This document shows positions 21,951 through 32,474 of a DNA stretch of 64,000 nt, one piece after another; the first letter of the stretch is position 1, and each line of letters starts with the position of its first letter. A program made the translations under genes and the position numbers. The notes under the pieces were generated by a model. That model saw nothing but the letters and a program-made list of their open reading frames with translations, had not been told where the DNA came from and ran no database searches. Source of the stretch: an uncultured delta proteobacterium (lineage in GTDB: Bacteria > Desulfobacterota > Binatia > UBA9968); assembly GCA_963760795.1 (NCBI GenBank), contig CAVXEP010000002.1, forward strand, positions 128,001-192,000, read 5' to 3'.

Positions 21951-22238
21951 TCAGATCGTCTCCGCGACATAAAGCCCGCCGTGGCTCTTCTTGGTTTGCA
22001 GTCCCTCCACCGCGGCGCGAAAGGATTTGTAAGAGTCGGTGCCGCGCCAGCGTGCCAGATGCTCCTTGCTTTCCCATAACAAAATGACGATCACCGCCGA
22101 CGGATCGTCTTCGCTGCATAGGATATGTCCGCCGGTCGAACCCGCCGATTTACAGCCCTGGACCGCTTCGCGATAAATCTTGACGTACTCGGCCCGCTTG
22201 GCCGGGTCCACCGTCTGAAAGCGCATTTCGTAAACCAT
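21951..22238 (-). CDS. Antibiotic biosynthesis monooxygenase (ABM)-like ferredoxin-fold protein
   Basis: 95 aa from MVYE; DDPSAVIVILLWESKEHL..WRG. Confidence 0.75.
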   Translation of the reverse strand: MVYEMRFQTVDPAKRAEYVKIYREAVQGCKSAGSTGGHILCSEDDPSAVIVILLWESKEHLARWRGTDSYKSFRAAVEGLQTKKSHGGLYVAETI

Positions 22239-22295
22239 AGTTTGCCACCTTTTTGCCGTCTGTGAGTTTTTCACCAAATGAGAAACAACTTCCTG

Positions 22296-22532
22296 ACCAC
22301 GAAGAACACGAAGCGCACGAAGTTCGGAGTTTTAATTATCCGAAACCTTCCTGTCCATCTGATTACTATCCTTTATAATTTGCGCGGCCTGCGCAAATTG
22401 TCTGAGCGCCATACCCAAGAGGGCGGGTTTCAAACCCGCCCCTACCAATCCCAATTTTGCGTCCCTTGCGTTCTTTGCGGCCATTCTTCCATTCGGTTGC
22501 AGCGGTGCCGCGCTAGGATCTTCGTGGTGAAA
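22296..22532. repeat. Nested REP-like cluster (ACCACGAAG triplet, GTAG-type palindrome, TTTGCG triplet), includes copy C
   Basis: ACCACGAAGAACACGAAGCGCACGAAG ... GGGCGGGTTTCAAACCCGCCCCTAC ... CTTCGTGGT. Confidence 0.7.
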
Positions 22533-22538
22533 CAAATG

Positions 22539-24014
22539 TTACTTGGTCGGTTCCGTAGCGCCAGCTTTCTCCAACCGCAGCGTCAAGCCATTTTTCTCTA
22601 TGTAAACCTGGCGGTATTGTTTGCGCTTGGCGAGTTCGGAGATCAGCAGCGCCAGCGGCTGCGAGATCACGCTATAGTCCTTCGGCGCGCCGGCGGCGAG
22701 CATGGCATCGACGGCGGGATCGCCGGCGATGACGCGCAGGACCAGTTCTTCGTCAGAAACATTCGAGCCGCCGACTTTGCGCCGCACTTCTGCCAGCGAC
22801 ATTTCCGGCACCGACCAGTTCGCCCACTCTTTGGCGCGCGGCCGGCTGAGAATCTTGTCCTTGACGCCGGCGTCCATCACCGTCGGCGCTTCCTTGCCCC
22901 AGTAACCGAGGGCGTACTGAATCGCCTGGTCGGTGACCTCTTTGTAGCGCTCGCCGGTGATCACGTTGATCGCCGCCTGACTGCCAACGAATTGCGCCAG
23001 CGGCGTCACCATGATCGGATAACCGAACTCGGCTCGCACCCTGCCGCATTCCTCGAGCGTTTCCTCGATCCGGTTCGCCATTCCCATCTTGCCCAACTGA
23101 AAACGCAAGTTAGAAATCATGCCGCCGGGCACTTGGTGCAGGTACTGCGCATGATCGTATTCGCGCTGCGCGCCCACCGGATGGCCCTCCAGTTTGGCGA
23201 TTGAAGTGAAATGCCTCTCCACCGGCTTGACCGCTTCCAAGTCAACTTGCGGTTTGTAGCCCAACGCTTGAGCGTTGCGTGCGACGTTGAAGATCGATGG
23301 CTGTCCCGAACCGTTGGCCAATGGCGGAATACCGGTGTGAAACGTCTCGACACCGAGCTTCATCGCCTCTAAATAATTGAACGGCGCCATGCCGTTGTTG
23401 CAGTGGGCGTGAAACTCCAACGGGACATCGCCGATGTTTTGCTGGATCAATGGAATCAGCGTGCGCGTCCGATCCGGTGTCAGCAAGCCGGCGACGTCCT
23501 TGAAACAGATCCGGTAAGGCTTGATCGCCGCCGCCTGGCGCGCCCGCGTGGCGAAATATTCATCGGTGTGGCGCGGGGACACGGAATAGATGATATTGAC
23601 GATCACCTCCATGCCGAGTTTTTGCAGAGCAGCGATCTCGATGGCAGCGGCATCGTAATCGTTCCACGGATCGGACGTGCGCGTCAGTGTGATTCCATGC
23701 GCCGCCACTCGCTCGATCATCAACAGCCGAACCGAACGTGGGATTTTTTCGAACCCCGACGCCAGTCCGCCGTGGTAACGCAGCCGCGTGCGGTGAAACT
23801 TTTTGGCCCCCTCGCCCATCCATACCCACGGATTTTCTTTGTGCTCTTTGACGTACTTGATGTAACCGGCAAAGCCGAAGAACTCCATCGACTCAAAACC
23901 GCACTGGTCCATCTGTTCGGCGATCGCCAGCATGGCGCCGGTACGCATGCCCAACGCCCACAAGCTCAACGACCCGTCGCGCACGGTGGTATCGACAAAT
24001 TTGATTTGCTTCAT
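22539..24014 (-). CDS. Pyruvate/oxaloacetate carboxyltransferase domain protein (OadA/PycB/5S-like), no biotinyl domain
   Basis: DTTVRDG, KDVAG, HAH, HQVPGGMISN, GYPIMVTP.AQ; no MKM biotin motif. Confidence 0.85.
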   Translation of the reverse strand: MKQIKFVDTTVRDGSLSLWALGMRTGAMLAIAEQMDQCGFESMEFFGFAGYIKYVKEHKENPWVWMGEGAKKFHRTRLRYHGGLASGFEKIPRSVRLLMIERVAAHGITLTRTSDPWNDYDAAAIEIAALQKLGMEVIVNIIYSVSPRHTDEYFATRARQAAAIKPYRICFKDVAGLLTPDRTRTLIPLIQQNIGDVPLEFHAHCNNGMAPFNYLEAMKLGVETFHTGIPPLANGSGQPSIFNVARNAQALGYKPQVDLEAVKPVERHFTSIAKLEGHPVGAQREYDHAQYLHQVPGGMISNLRFQLGKMGMANRIEETLEECGRVRAEFGYPIMVTPLAQFVGSQAAINVITGERYKEVTDQAIQYALGYWGKEAPTVMDAGVKDKILSRPRAKEWANWSVPEMSLAEVRRKVGGSNVSDEELVLRVIAGDPAVDAMLAAGAPKDYSVISQPLALLISELAKRKQYRQVYIEKNGLTLRLEKAGATEPTK

Positions 24015-24237
24015 CTTGTTATCGCTTCGTTCCAATCGGTGAGTATCGTTTAGAACCGGCGAAATTCTAACTCGACGCTATAACGGTATATCGATTAGCA
24101 CAGGTGTAACTTTTTAGTCGAGCATGTTTTGCCGATTGCGAATGTCTACCCGTCGGCTTCTGTCTAGGGATTGCGAATAATTTTCCTGAGACTGTCCCGC
24201 CTGTGGGACTTTAACCTCACCAGCGCCACCGACAGGA

Positions 24238-24252
24238 TGGCATAGTCGTTGC
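24238..24252 (+). promoter_or_regulatory. sigma54-type promoter
   Basis: TGGCAT-AGTCG-TTGC, 60 nt upstream of the ATG at 24312. Confidence 0.6.
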
Positions 24253-24311
24253 TCCTCAAGTGATCATGAGGAATTTCTTGTTATTTTATTAACGTTAAAA
24301 GGAGAGACTGT

Positions 24312-24878
24312 ATGAAGAAAACTATCATGGCGGCAATCGTCGTATCAGGGTCGTTGATCGGCGGCGCTTTATCGGCGCAGCAAACCGCGCCCAATAATAA
24401 GAATATGCCCAATGCCAATCCAGCCACCGAGGTGCCACGTGAAATAAATCCCAGCAACCCCGGCCAAGTCGCCCCCAAAGGACCAGGTCTGGACCAAAAA
24501 ATTCCCGGCCAAGAGGGCACCATTCCGGAAATTATCCAGCGCCCCGGCGGCGTGACTCCGCAAGCGCAGACTCCCCAACAGCAAGCTCCGCAAGCGCAAA
24601 TGACCGTTTCCCCCGAAGAAATTCGCCGGGCGCAAGAAGCTCTCAAGACAAAAGGTTACGATCCGGGAGCGGCCAGTGGCAATTTGCACGCGGGCACTCA
24701 AGAAGCCTTGCGTAAGTATCAAAAAGCTAACAATTTGCCGGTCACCGGAGTTCTGGATGAACGGACGGCGGAGACACTCGGAGTAGAAATTCGCAAAAGC
24801 GATAGCAAGCCTTCTGATACTAAATCTTTTGATAGTAATTCGTCTAGAGAACCGAACAAATCGGTACCCGCGAAGTAA
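24312..24878 (+). CDS. Secreted protein with peptidoglycan-binding domain
   Basis: AAGGAG RBS; signal peptide; Pro/Gln linker; IRRAQEALK.KGYDPG...TQEALRKYQ..NNLPVTG. Confidence 0.85.
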   Translation: MKKTIMAAIVVSGSLIGGALSAQQTAPNNKNMPNANPATEVPREINPSNPGQVAPKGPGLDQKIPGQEGTIPEIIQRPGGVTPQAQTPQQQAPQAQMTVSPEEIRRAQEALKTKGYDPGAASGNLHAGTQEALRKYQKANNLPVTGVLDERTAETLGVEIRKSDSKPSDTKSFDSNSSREPNKSVPAK

Positions 24879-24897
24879 ACGCGTGTGAAAACTTAAG

Positions 24898-24926
24898 CGG
24901 CGGGTAGCGAAAGTCGCTACCCGCCG
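24898..24926. terminator. Hairpin between convergent genes
   Basis: CGGCGGGTAGCGA-aag-TCGCTACCCGCCG, perfect 13-bp stem. Confidence 0.7.
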
Positions 24927-26209
24927 ACGTGACCGGCGACTATTGATTTTACGATCGCTGTCATCTGTTCGAGATCTTCAAATGCGACGCTGGGTTCACA
25001 GGGCAATTCGATCAGGTCGGGCCAAACCAGATCGGAGTAAGGCAAACGATCCCACACGCATTGCGTGATATGCGTCAATAAGTGAATCGGCATGTAACTG
25101 CCCTGTACTTCGTAACCGGCTTGGCCCAGCGCCGCTATAATCCTTGCCGCAAGGTCCTCGCCGCGCTCTTTCCCCACGATCCGAACGACCTGCGTCAAGC
25201 AGGCCGAGCCGGGGTTGTGGCGAATCAACTCGATACCCGACTCGTTGCCGAGCAGTCGGTGATAGGCGTCGACTCTGGCACGGCGCGCATGAAGATTTTC
25301 CGGCAGCGAATGAATAAGACTGCGCGCCACCGTGGCATTTAAGTTCGCCATTATTTCGCATCGATAAACTTTTGGCGGAGCTTGGGGGCTTTTTTCATGG
25401 GCGCGCGAAAGCACGCGTTGAAACGGTAATGTCCAGCCGCGCCAACGGTGCAACACCAGCGTTGAAGTCAGCCGCGCGAGCGTGTGAGCCGCGCTCGGAT
25501 GGCCAAGGACTACTTCCCGCGCGCTTTCGAGCACTCCACGGCTGCGGGAAACCAGCACGCCGCCGCCAAGACCGAAGCAAACTTTCTCGGCGCCGAAACT
25601 TAATACTCCCATATCGCCGAAGGTACCCGCCCGCCGGCCGTCGATGGTGGCACCAAGCGCTTGCGCGGCATCGTCGATGACGACGATATTGTTCGCGTCA
25701 CCCAGCTCGACAATCTCTTCGATATTGGCCGGATTGCCGAACAAATGGGGCACGAGGACCGCGCGAGTTCTGCGTGTACGCGCAGCGTCAACCGTTTCCG
25801 CCGTGAGATTGAGGTCACTACCAACATCGGCCAACACCGGCGTCGCGCCCACGGCCAAGATCGGCGCCACCACGGTGCTGCAACAAAAACTCGGAATAAT
25901 CACTTCATCGCCTTGGTCGAGGTGACAGGTGCGCAAAGCGAGCTCCAACGCCAAACTGCCAGAGCCGCAAAGTATGGCATCCTCGATGCCAAGAAGATCC
26001 AGTAGCTCTGAGCGCAATGCCACGAGATCCGTGCCGCGAATTATTTGGCCGGAAACCAGACAGCGCAGTAGGTTTCGCTGCGTCTCGTGATTCCAGAATG
26101 GGACTGCGAGGGGAACGCGTGGGAAAGAACGGCGGAGAAAATCGTTCAAGGGTTCAAGGTTCAAAAGTTCAATCGTTTTCGGATCGCGCAGTGTAGATTG
26201 GTGGGCCAC
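24917..26209 (-). CDS. DegT/DnrJ/EryC1/StrS PLP-dependent aminotransferase; start uncertain
   Basis: GSGSLAL, PHLFG, IDDAAQALG, SFGAEK. Confidence 0.85.
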   Translation of the reverse strand: MAHQSTLRDPKTIELLNLEPLNDFLRRSFPRVPLAVPFWNHETQRNLLRCLVSGQIIRGTDLVALRSELLDLLGIEDAILCGSGSLALELALRTCHLDQGDEVIIPSFCCSTVVAPILAVGATPVLADVGSDLNLTAETVDAARTRRTRAVLVPHLFGNPANIEEIVELGDANNIVVIDDAAQALGATIDGRRAGTFGDMGVLSFGAEKVCFGLGGGVLVSRSRGVLESAREVVLGHPSAAHTLARLTSTLVLHRWRGWTLPFQRVLSRAHEKSPQAPPKVYRCEIMANLNATVARSLIHSLPENLHARRARVDAYHRLLGNESGIELIRHNPGSACLTQVVRIVGKERGEDLAARIIAALGQAGYEVQGSYMPIHLLTHITQCVWDRLPYSDLVWPDLIELPCEPSVAFEDLEQMTAIVKSIVAGHVGG

Positions 26210-26341
26210 AGTGACATCGAATTGTTTGCGCTAGCTTCCCTGCGCCCTTTGCGTTCTTTGCAGCAATTCCCCGATTCCGAAATGGTCCGGGCAAAACCGG
26301 CCCCTACTTTGTGACCTATGTGCCCTTTGTGGTTAAATCTC

Positions 26342-27043
26342 TCAATCCAGTCTCTCCATCTCCTCGGCCACACCGAGATGATACAACTTGAATAGCTCCA
26401 GCGCATCGTCAGCGGCCTTGAGCGCGCTGTCGCGATTGGAGATGAATTTGTCGAGCAGCGGCACGAATAGATCGCTGTGTTTTTCATCGGCGACGGCATG
26501 AGCGGCAAAGTTGGCCATCTCTTCCCATTTGTAACCGAAGTCGCGTATCCAGCGCAGACCGTCGCGCCGCGATAGGCCGCCGCCTTGATCGAGCAAGCGG
26601 CGGTCATCGTTCACCCACTCGGTCGCCATCATGGCGATCAAGCCGTCTTGCCAGGCTGCCGCGCGCGTGATCCACTTCCAACCGTAAAACGTCGCCATGC
26701 TGGTGCGCAGCGGCTGTACCTGAGCGAAGTCTTCGGCCGTCAGACCAATCAGCGCGCCCTGGCGAATCAGCAAGTCATAGTGGCCTTTGGAACTGTACTC
26801 GTCTTCCACCAACTCATCATATTCATGGGCCATCAGCCGCTGGCGCATCGCTGGCGCGTCGCAGTTGGCGATCAGATTGGCCCAGCCGTCGCGGCGGCAA
26901 CTGACGAAGAGACTCAATTGCAACAGCGCCACCCGCGCCCGCGCCGTTGTCATCTTGACGGCAAAGTAACGCTCCATCTCCGGCGACGCCATCGCGGCGC
27001 GCACCCGCTCGCCGATCGCATGTTCCCAATTGCCTGCCATCAC
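26342..27043 (-). CDS. HDO (CADD/PqqC/TenA-like) diiron protein
   Basis: YDEL, GHYDL, ATEW, HAVADEKH ligand set. Confidence 0.78.
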   Translation of the reverse strand: MMAGNWEHAIGERVRAAMASPEMERYFAVKMTTARARVALLQLSLFVSCRRDGWANLIANCDAPAMRQRLMAHEYDELVEDEYSSKGHYDLLIRQGALIGLTAEDFAQVQPLRTSMATFYGWKWITRAAAWQDGLIAMMATEWVNDDRRLLDQGGGLSRRDGLRWIRDFGYKWEEMANFAAHAVADEKHSDLFVPLLDKFISNRDSALKAADDALELFKLYHLGVAEEMERLD

Positions 27044-27159
27044 TTTCCTTTCCGCTATGGACTGAATTACGACCCCGTGTATTGAAACCCTAATCCGTTC
27101 GTCCTGAGGGTCTCGAAGGACTCCGAGTTAGAGTCTTTGATCCGCGGCGCGCGGCAATT

Positions 27160-28303
27160 TTACTTCATCGCCAGATTGCTGACTGTCCCGAGCTCGTCGA
27201 GCTTGAAGCCGCCATTGGAATTAGCCTGCTGAATGCGCCGCCATTCGTCGTGATAGCCAGACGGTATGGCCGCGAAAGTGCGGCATGACGTAGCGCGCAA
27301 ACAGTTCATAGGACCGGCGGACCTTCTCCGTGCCGGTCCACTCATGGGTGGTTAACAACAATCCGCCGAAGCCGCCGGTCTCTTCCTGCATCCTTTCGAT
27401 CTGCTTGATCGCATCGTCCGGCGTGCCGATGATCCAGTCGCGCCGGTCGGCGCCGGAGCGTGGGGTGATTTCGCTGAACGGTTGACCCGGATAGGACTCG
27501 TAGGGCGCTTTCAAGCCGATGGCGGCGAAGTATTCCATGTCGCGGCCGATGCTCGCCTCGACATCGCGCCACGCCTCTTCCTTGCTGTCGGCAAGATAAA
27601 CGCAGGTGGCGATGCGCCAGTTGTCGCGCGAAGTCGCGGTGCCATGTTTGGCCGCGATCGTTTCGACCTTGTTCCACTGCTCGGCTTTGGTCTGGTTGTT
27701 GCGGACGTTTTTTCCCGCCGGCGACAAAAATTGCATGCCGTACTTGCCCGCCAGCTCGAGACTGATCGGATTTCCCGATGACGCGATCGCCATCGGCAGG
27801 CGCGGCTGCTGGTAGGAGCGCAGCTGCAAGCGCATTTGTTTGAACTGCCAAAACTGGCCGTCGTAATCAATCGGTTCCGGCGATTCGAGCAAACGCACGA
27901 TGATATCCACCGACTCGGCCATCATCGGATAGAGCTTTTCGTTGGGCAGGCCGAATAAGACTTTGTCCGTCACTAAAGCGCAAGGTCCGACCCCGAGAAT
28001 CGCGCGACCGCGCGTCAAATGATCGAGAAATGCCATCCGCTCGGCGACATAGTAAGGATGATGAAACGGCACGCTGATCACCGACGTGCCGAGACGAATG
28101 CGCTGGGCCTGCGCCGACGCTTTCGCCAACGCCATCTCCGGCGCCGGCATGGTCTCCCAGCCGCCCGAGTGATGCTCGCCGATGAAGCACTCGTCATAGC
28201 CAAGCTCGTCGGCAAGATGGATCAGCGATATGTCGCGGTCGAAAGCCAGCGACGGGCTCTCCGACGGATGATGCAGCGGCATCATGAAGAGTGAGAATTT
28301 CAT
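27160..28303 (-). CDS. LLM-class flavin-dependent monooxygenase (limonene 1,2-monooxygenase-like); frameshift near 27260
   Basis: GYDECFIGEHHSGG, DHLTRGR, SYELFARYVMPHF; likely C-terminus GYHDEW...SNLAMK in ORF 27160..27345. Confidence 0.88.
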
Positions 28304-28608
28304 AATTCGACTCCTTCTCAGTCAATCTCTACTGCGGAAACGGGATCGGGAGCAAGAGCGAAGTGTGTAGGCAGGAGCGAGAAGCACTGGCAAACTAACC
28401 GAGGAAGGCTCCCAACTCTAGCTGAGATAAGCCGCCGATTGTTAGTGAGATAACCTGCCGCGCCGGTCGGCTTTTTCCGGTAAGGCTGAGATTGACAAGA
28501 TAAGGTAGCGGATGGATATTGCCGCTAATTTGAATTTTTGTCATCGAAGCCGCTGAGGGCAGGAAGAAAGAAACAAGCATATTACGGCACTGCCACACGG
28601 AGGGGAAC

Positions 28609-29599
28609 ATGCAAAAACTATCGTCACTTATATTCACGACCCTGATCAACGTCGGTATTATAGCACTAGCGCGCAAAAGCATAGCGCAGAAGAGCGCCAC
28701 GCCATGAAGACAGGCACCCGCCTTATCACGCTTGGGACGTCAGCTGGTCCGCCACCGAGAGCCCATCGAGCGCAATCGTCCAATCTGCTGATTGTCAACG
28801 GCGCGCTGTACGTTGTTGATGCGGGCGACGGCGTCGCACGCCGTCTTGCGAAAGCTGGTATCAACGTTCGAGAGATCGGAACTGTTTTTATCACTCACCA
28901 TCATGACGATCACACGGCCGGTCTTGGTACACTGTTGTCGGTTGCGTGGGATCAAAATCGCACCAAACCGATCAATGTCTATGGCCCGCCCAGGACAGTA
29001 GAGCTGGTCAAGGCCGCTGTGCAGTATTTCACTATTAGTGCTGAGATCAGGATTGCCGACGGAGGCCGCACGCGTACCGATAGCTCAGGTGTTCTTCGGT
29101 CATGATGTCGGCACCGGGATGGTTTACCAGGACGCGAACGTCAAGGTGACGGCCGTCGAAAACAGCCATTTTGATTTCCATGAAGGCCCGGCTTCCGGCA
29201 AGCACAAGTCCTATGCCTATCGTTTTGAAACACCTGATCGCGTGATTGTGTTCACGGGGGATACCGGCCCTAGCGATGCCGTCACTGAACTTGCGAAAGG
29301 CGCCGATCTGCTCGTCTCGGAAACCTCTTCGTGCCAAGGTCGAATGCAAGAGATGGCCGATGATGGTCGCTGGCAAGCCATGAGCCTGGCCGAGCAGGCC
29401 GGCATTGTGCGGCAGATGACCCAGGGACATATGACCCTGGACGAAATCGGGAAGATGGCGGCAACAGCGCAAGGTCAAGACCGTGGTGCTGTCGCACCTG
29501 ACGCACAAGCCCGACGGCGATTATACGCCTTGGGCCGAGGAGGTGAAGAAACACTTTTCCGGCCAGGTGCTCATCGCCAAAGACCTGATGGAGTTTTAA
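28609..29599 (+). CDS. Secreted metallo-beta-lactamase-fold hydrolase (RNase Z/arylsulfatase-like); three frameshifts
   Basis: GGAGGGG RBS; TLGTSAGP, THHHDDH, FTGDTGP, LSHL, IAKDLMEF stop at 29599. Confidence 0.8.
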
Positions 29600-29744
29600 C
29601 CACTTCAACGTAAGCAGGAAAACGTCGAGCATAACTTGGCGCTTCAGACCGATCTCTGAAAGCCGCGACGGCTGAGCTATCTCGCCCCAGAACCCCAACT
29701 GCCGTACTCTGACAGATCGCGCAGAGATTCGATTTGCCTCGCGT

Positions 29745-29837
29745 ATGGTGACTTTCCCAAGCCAGTTTTTTCTTCGCCAGGGCTAAGCGGACCTTCTGCG
29801 CGCACACCGACATATCGTTGTGATAGAGCTCGATTAT
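29745..29837 (-). pseudogene. Glutathione S-transferase N-terminal remnant
   Basis: IELYHNDMSVCAQKVRLALAKKKLAWESHH; start codon reads ATA; similarity is lost after about 30 codons. Confidence 0.7.
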
Positions 29838-30052
29838 GAACCGTTCTCCTTGTGCGCGCCTTGTGACCGCTGAACGGCCTTTATCGACAACACATGGCGC
29901 ACCGCTTCGATAATTTCATAGCGATTGCCGGCCCGATCTGGATTGGCGCGCAACAGATCGACGATCTTTTGCGCTTCCGGTAGGGAGTAAAATAAACCGA
30001 CCGTGCTGATCGCGCCATCCGGGCGAATTTCGTTGACGTAAAGTTTTTCCAT
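29834..30052 (-). CDS. Small hypothetical protein
   Basis: 72 aa MEKLYVNEIRPDG... fills the gap in a co-oriented run. Confidence 0.45.
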   Translation of the reverse strand: MEKLYVNEIRPDGAISTVGLFYSLPEAQKIVDLLRANPDRAGNRYEIIEAVRHVLSIKAVQRSQGAHKENGS

Positions 30053-30121
30053 CGATAATTTTCCGACCTTCGCGCCTTTGCGTCTTTGCGAGAAATATTT
30101 TTCTCCGATCATCCATCTGAA

Positions 30122-31030
30122 CTAATAAGTCTTCGGCGTCTTGTAGCCCACCTGTTTGCGCTCTTTCATGAACGCTTTGTAAGTATCGGGATGCGATTTC
30201 ACGATGTAAGGGCAGACATCGACGCATAGATGGCAGTACTCTTCCCGCAGTCGCGAGTAGGGATAGCATTTCTCCAGATCGATGAGCCAGCGCTTGATCC
30301 CATGGGTCATGACGTGATCCTGCGGAATCGCGTCGCCCGGGCAGTTGCGTTGGCAGACATTGCAGTTCATGCAGAAATCCTGCACGCCAAATTCCCGCGG
30401 TTGGTCCTCCACCAGCGGCAGGTCCGTCGTCACAAACCCAGGGCGAAAGCTCGCGCCGTACTTTTCGTTGATCAAACTGCCATGCCGGCCGAGCTCGCCG
30501 AAACCCACTTGGTAGAAAATCGGAATCGCCTGCACCTCGCTGGCGCCATTGTGGTGCGCGATAGCCGGATAGCCCATCTCCCGGACATAAGCCGCAAGCG
30601 CGGTTGAGATTTCCGTGCACTTCGCATACACCCGCATCGCTTCTTCCTCGACGGCGTCCGGCCCGTGAAGAACCTTTTCATAATCTTCAGCAACGCAGCA
30701 GGCGATCACAAACTCATGCGCTACTTCCGACCCGAGGTCGATCATGTGCGGCTGCAAGCGGCAGATGCCGACCATGTCGGCGCCAAGCTCGGCCGCTCTC
30801 GCCTTGATACGTGCCGTCATCGCGGCCGGATCGTTCACCGTCTCCCGCTGCGAATTCACCGGACCATCGCGTAACGGCGCCAGCTTCACCCAACTGGCGC
30901 GATAAGCTTGAATGGCCGGCTTAACCGCCGCGTAGTGACGCGACTCCGCCGCCCCTGTGGCATGAACCATCTCGGCCAACACCGGGTCAGCCATGCCTTG
31001 TTCTCGTCTCGGTGTTATTCCGCGCATCAC
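30122..31030 (-). CDS. Reductive dehalogenase/QueG-like cobalamin and 2x[4Fe-4S] protein, cytoplasmic
   Basis: LGADMVGI, GFGELGRHG, VTTDLPL, CMNCNVCQRNCP and C..CHLCVDVCP; no Tat signal. Confidence 0.82.
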   Translation of the reverse strand: MMRGITPRREQGMADPVLAEMVHATGAAESRHYAAVKPAIQAYRASWVKLAPLRDGPVNSQRETVNDPAAMTARIKARAAELGADMVGICRLQPHMIDLGSEVAHEFVIACCVAEDYEKVLHGPDAVEEEAMRVYAKCTEISTALAAYVREMGYPAIAHHNGASEVQAIPIFYQVGFGELGRHGSLINEKYGASFRPGFVTTDLPLVEDQPREFGVQDFCMNCNVCQRNCPGDAIPQDHVMTHGIKRWLIDLEKCYPYSRLREEYCHLCVDVCPYIVKSHPDTYKAFMKERKQVGYKTPKTY

Positions 31031-31240
31031 TGCTGTCCCAATTAGCCGGGGTTCAAACTAGCGGCCATTGATTTTACGTCGTCTTTGGACGGGCTTTGCG
31101 TCATTTTGAAACCAGACCTCATTGTGCTGGATTTTGCGTTCTTTGCGCCCTTTGCGGTAAATTATCCGATTCCAAATCTTTCTTTCGCTTGCGGCTGTGC
31201 CGCGCTCAGCCCTTCATAGTAAAAACAATCTTTCTTCTTA

Positions 31241-32203
31241 TCACAGATCCAGTGTATTCGGCGCGAACAACTCTTCCGCGGTAACTTTTTTCTCCGCTAA
31301 TCCCTGTTCGTACAGATAACCCAAAAGGGTTTCGACCACGTGGCGGTTCTTCTCGAAACCGTATGGCCACGGGTCGTCGCCGAGTATCTGCTGCTGTTCC
31401 TCCACCGGGCCGCGGAACCATGCCAAGCTGATCTTGTAGGGCGACAAATCCTTCAACCGCGCGTAGGCGTCTTCCTTGGCGCGCTGAAAGGCTTTGAACA
31501 AGCTGCGCGCGACCCATGGATGGGCCTGCCAGACATCCTGCCTGAGCGCGACCGAGTGCATGATCGGAAAGATACCGGTCTTTTTGTAATACTCGGCCTC
31601 CACTTTGGGCGAGTCTTCAAACAAACGCCGCACATGAGGTGGCGGATTGAAGAGCGAGGGGAACAGGCTGGGAATCATGATCGCATCGAGCTCGCCGTTG
31701 AAAAGCATTTCATCGGGCTTTTTGTCCGGCGTCAGATGGCTGACTTTGTAGCGCTTGGGCAATTCCATCTCCATGCGCGAGCGCGGCACCCAGGTAAACC
31801 ACTCGATGTCATTGAGATTGACGCCGTAGTCATGTTGCAGCGTGCCGCGCATCCACACCGTCGCGGTCTGTTGAAACTCGGCCAAGCCGACACGCTTGCC
31901 CATGAGATCCTTGGGCTCACGTATGCCGCTCTTGGTATTGATGAAAATATACGAATGGCGAAACGCCCGCGCCGGAAACACCGGGATCGCCGTCAGCGGC
32001 TTACCGAGCGACCGCGCGATAATGTACGACGACAGGGAAATCTCCGAAGCGTCGAAGTCGTAGTAATTGAGCATGCGCGTCCAGATCTCCAGATGCGGCA
32101 AGGTCAACCAGTTGAGCTCGATCCCCTCAGGCGCGACCGAGCCATCGATCAACGGATGGGTCCGGTCATAATCGCCGCAGGCGATCGTGAGTTGTAGTGC
32201 CAT
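31241..32203 (-). CDS. 4,5-dihydroxyphthalate decarboxylase-like protein (SBP fold, no signal peptide)
   Basis: LTIACGDYDRT, SEISLSSY, PVFPARAFRHS, GIFPIMH, DPWPYG. Confidence 0.85.
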   Translation of the reverse strand: MALQLTIACGDYDRTHPLIDGSVAPEGIELNWLTLPHLEIWTRMLNYYDFDASEISLSSYIIARSLGKPLTAIPVFPARAFRHSYIFINTKSGIREPKDLMGKRVGLAEFQQTATVWMRGTLQHDYGVNLNDIEWFTWVPRSRMEMELPKRYKVSHLTPDKKPDEMLFNGELDAIMIPSLFPSLFNPPPHVRRLFEDSPKVEAEYYKKTGIFPIMHSVALRQDVWQAHPWVARSLFKAFQRAKEDAYARLKDLSPYKISLAWFRGPVEEQQQILGDDPWPYGFEKNRHVVETLLGYLYEQGLAEKKVTAEELFAPNTLDL

Positions 32204-32474
32204 GTGAAGACCTTTCTATTTGCCACGAAGGTGGTCGCGAAATTCGGAACATTGATTTCCGAAACTTTCGTGTGCTTCGAGTGAAATGTATCCTCTCTTC
32301 TTCGTCGTGAATACAAGCGTATGCCATACGCCGCTATTCAGATTTCCACTCAGAAATTTTTTGCACTCTTTGCGTCTTTTTCGGTTAATAGTCCGATTCC
32401 GACAGGGCCGGTCGCGACCGGCTTCTATTATGCGTCATTTGCGTTCTTTGCGGCCAATCCTCTTCGTCCCGATC

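Noticed and set aside
30122-31030. Respiratory organohalide reductase
   Set aside because: No Tat signal and no rdhB-like membrane anchor
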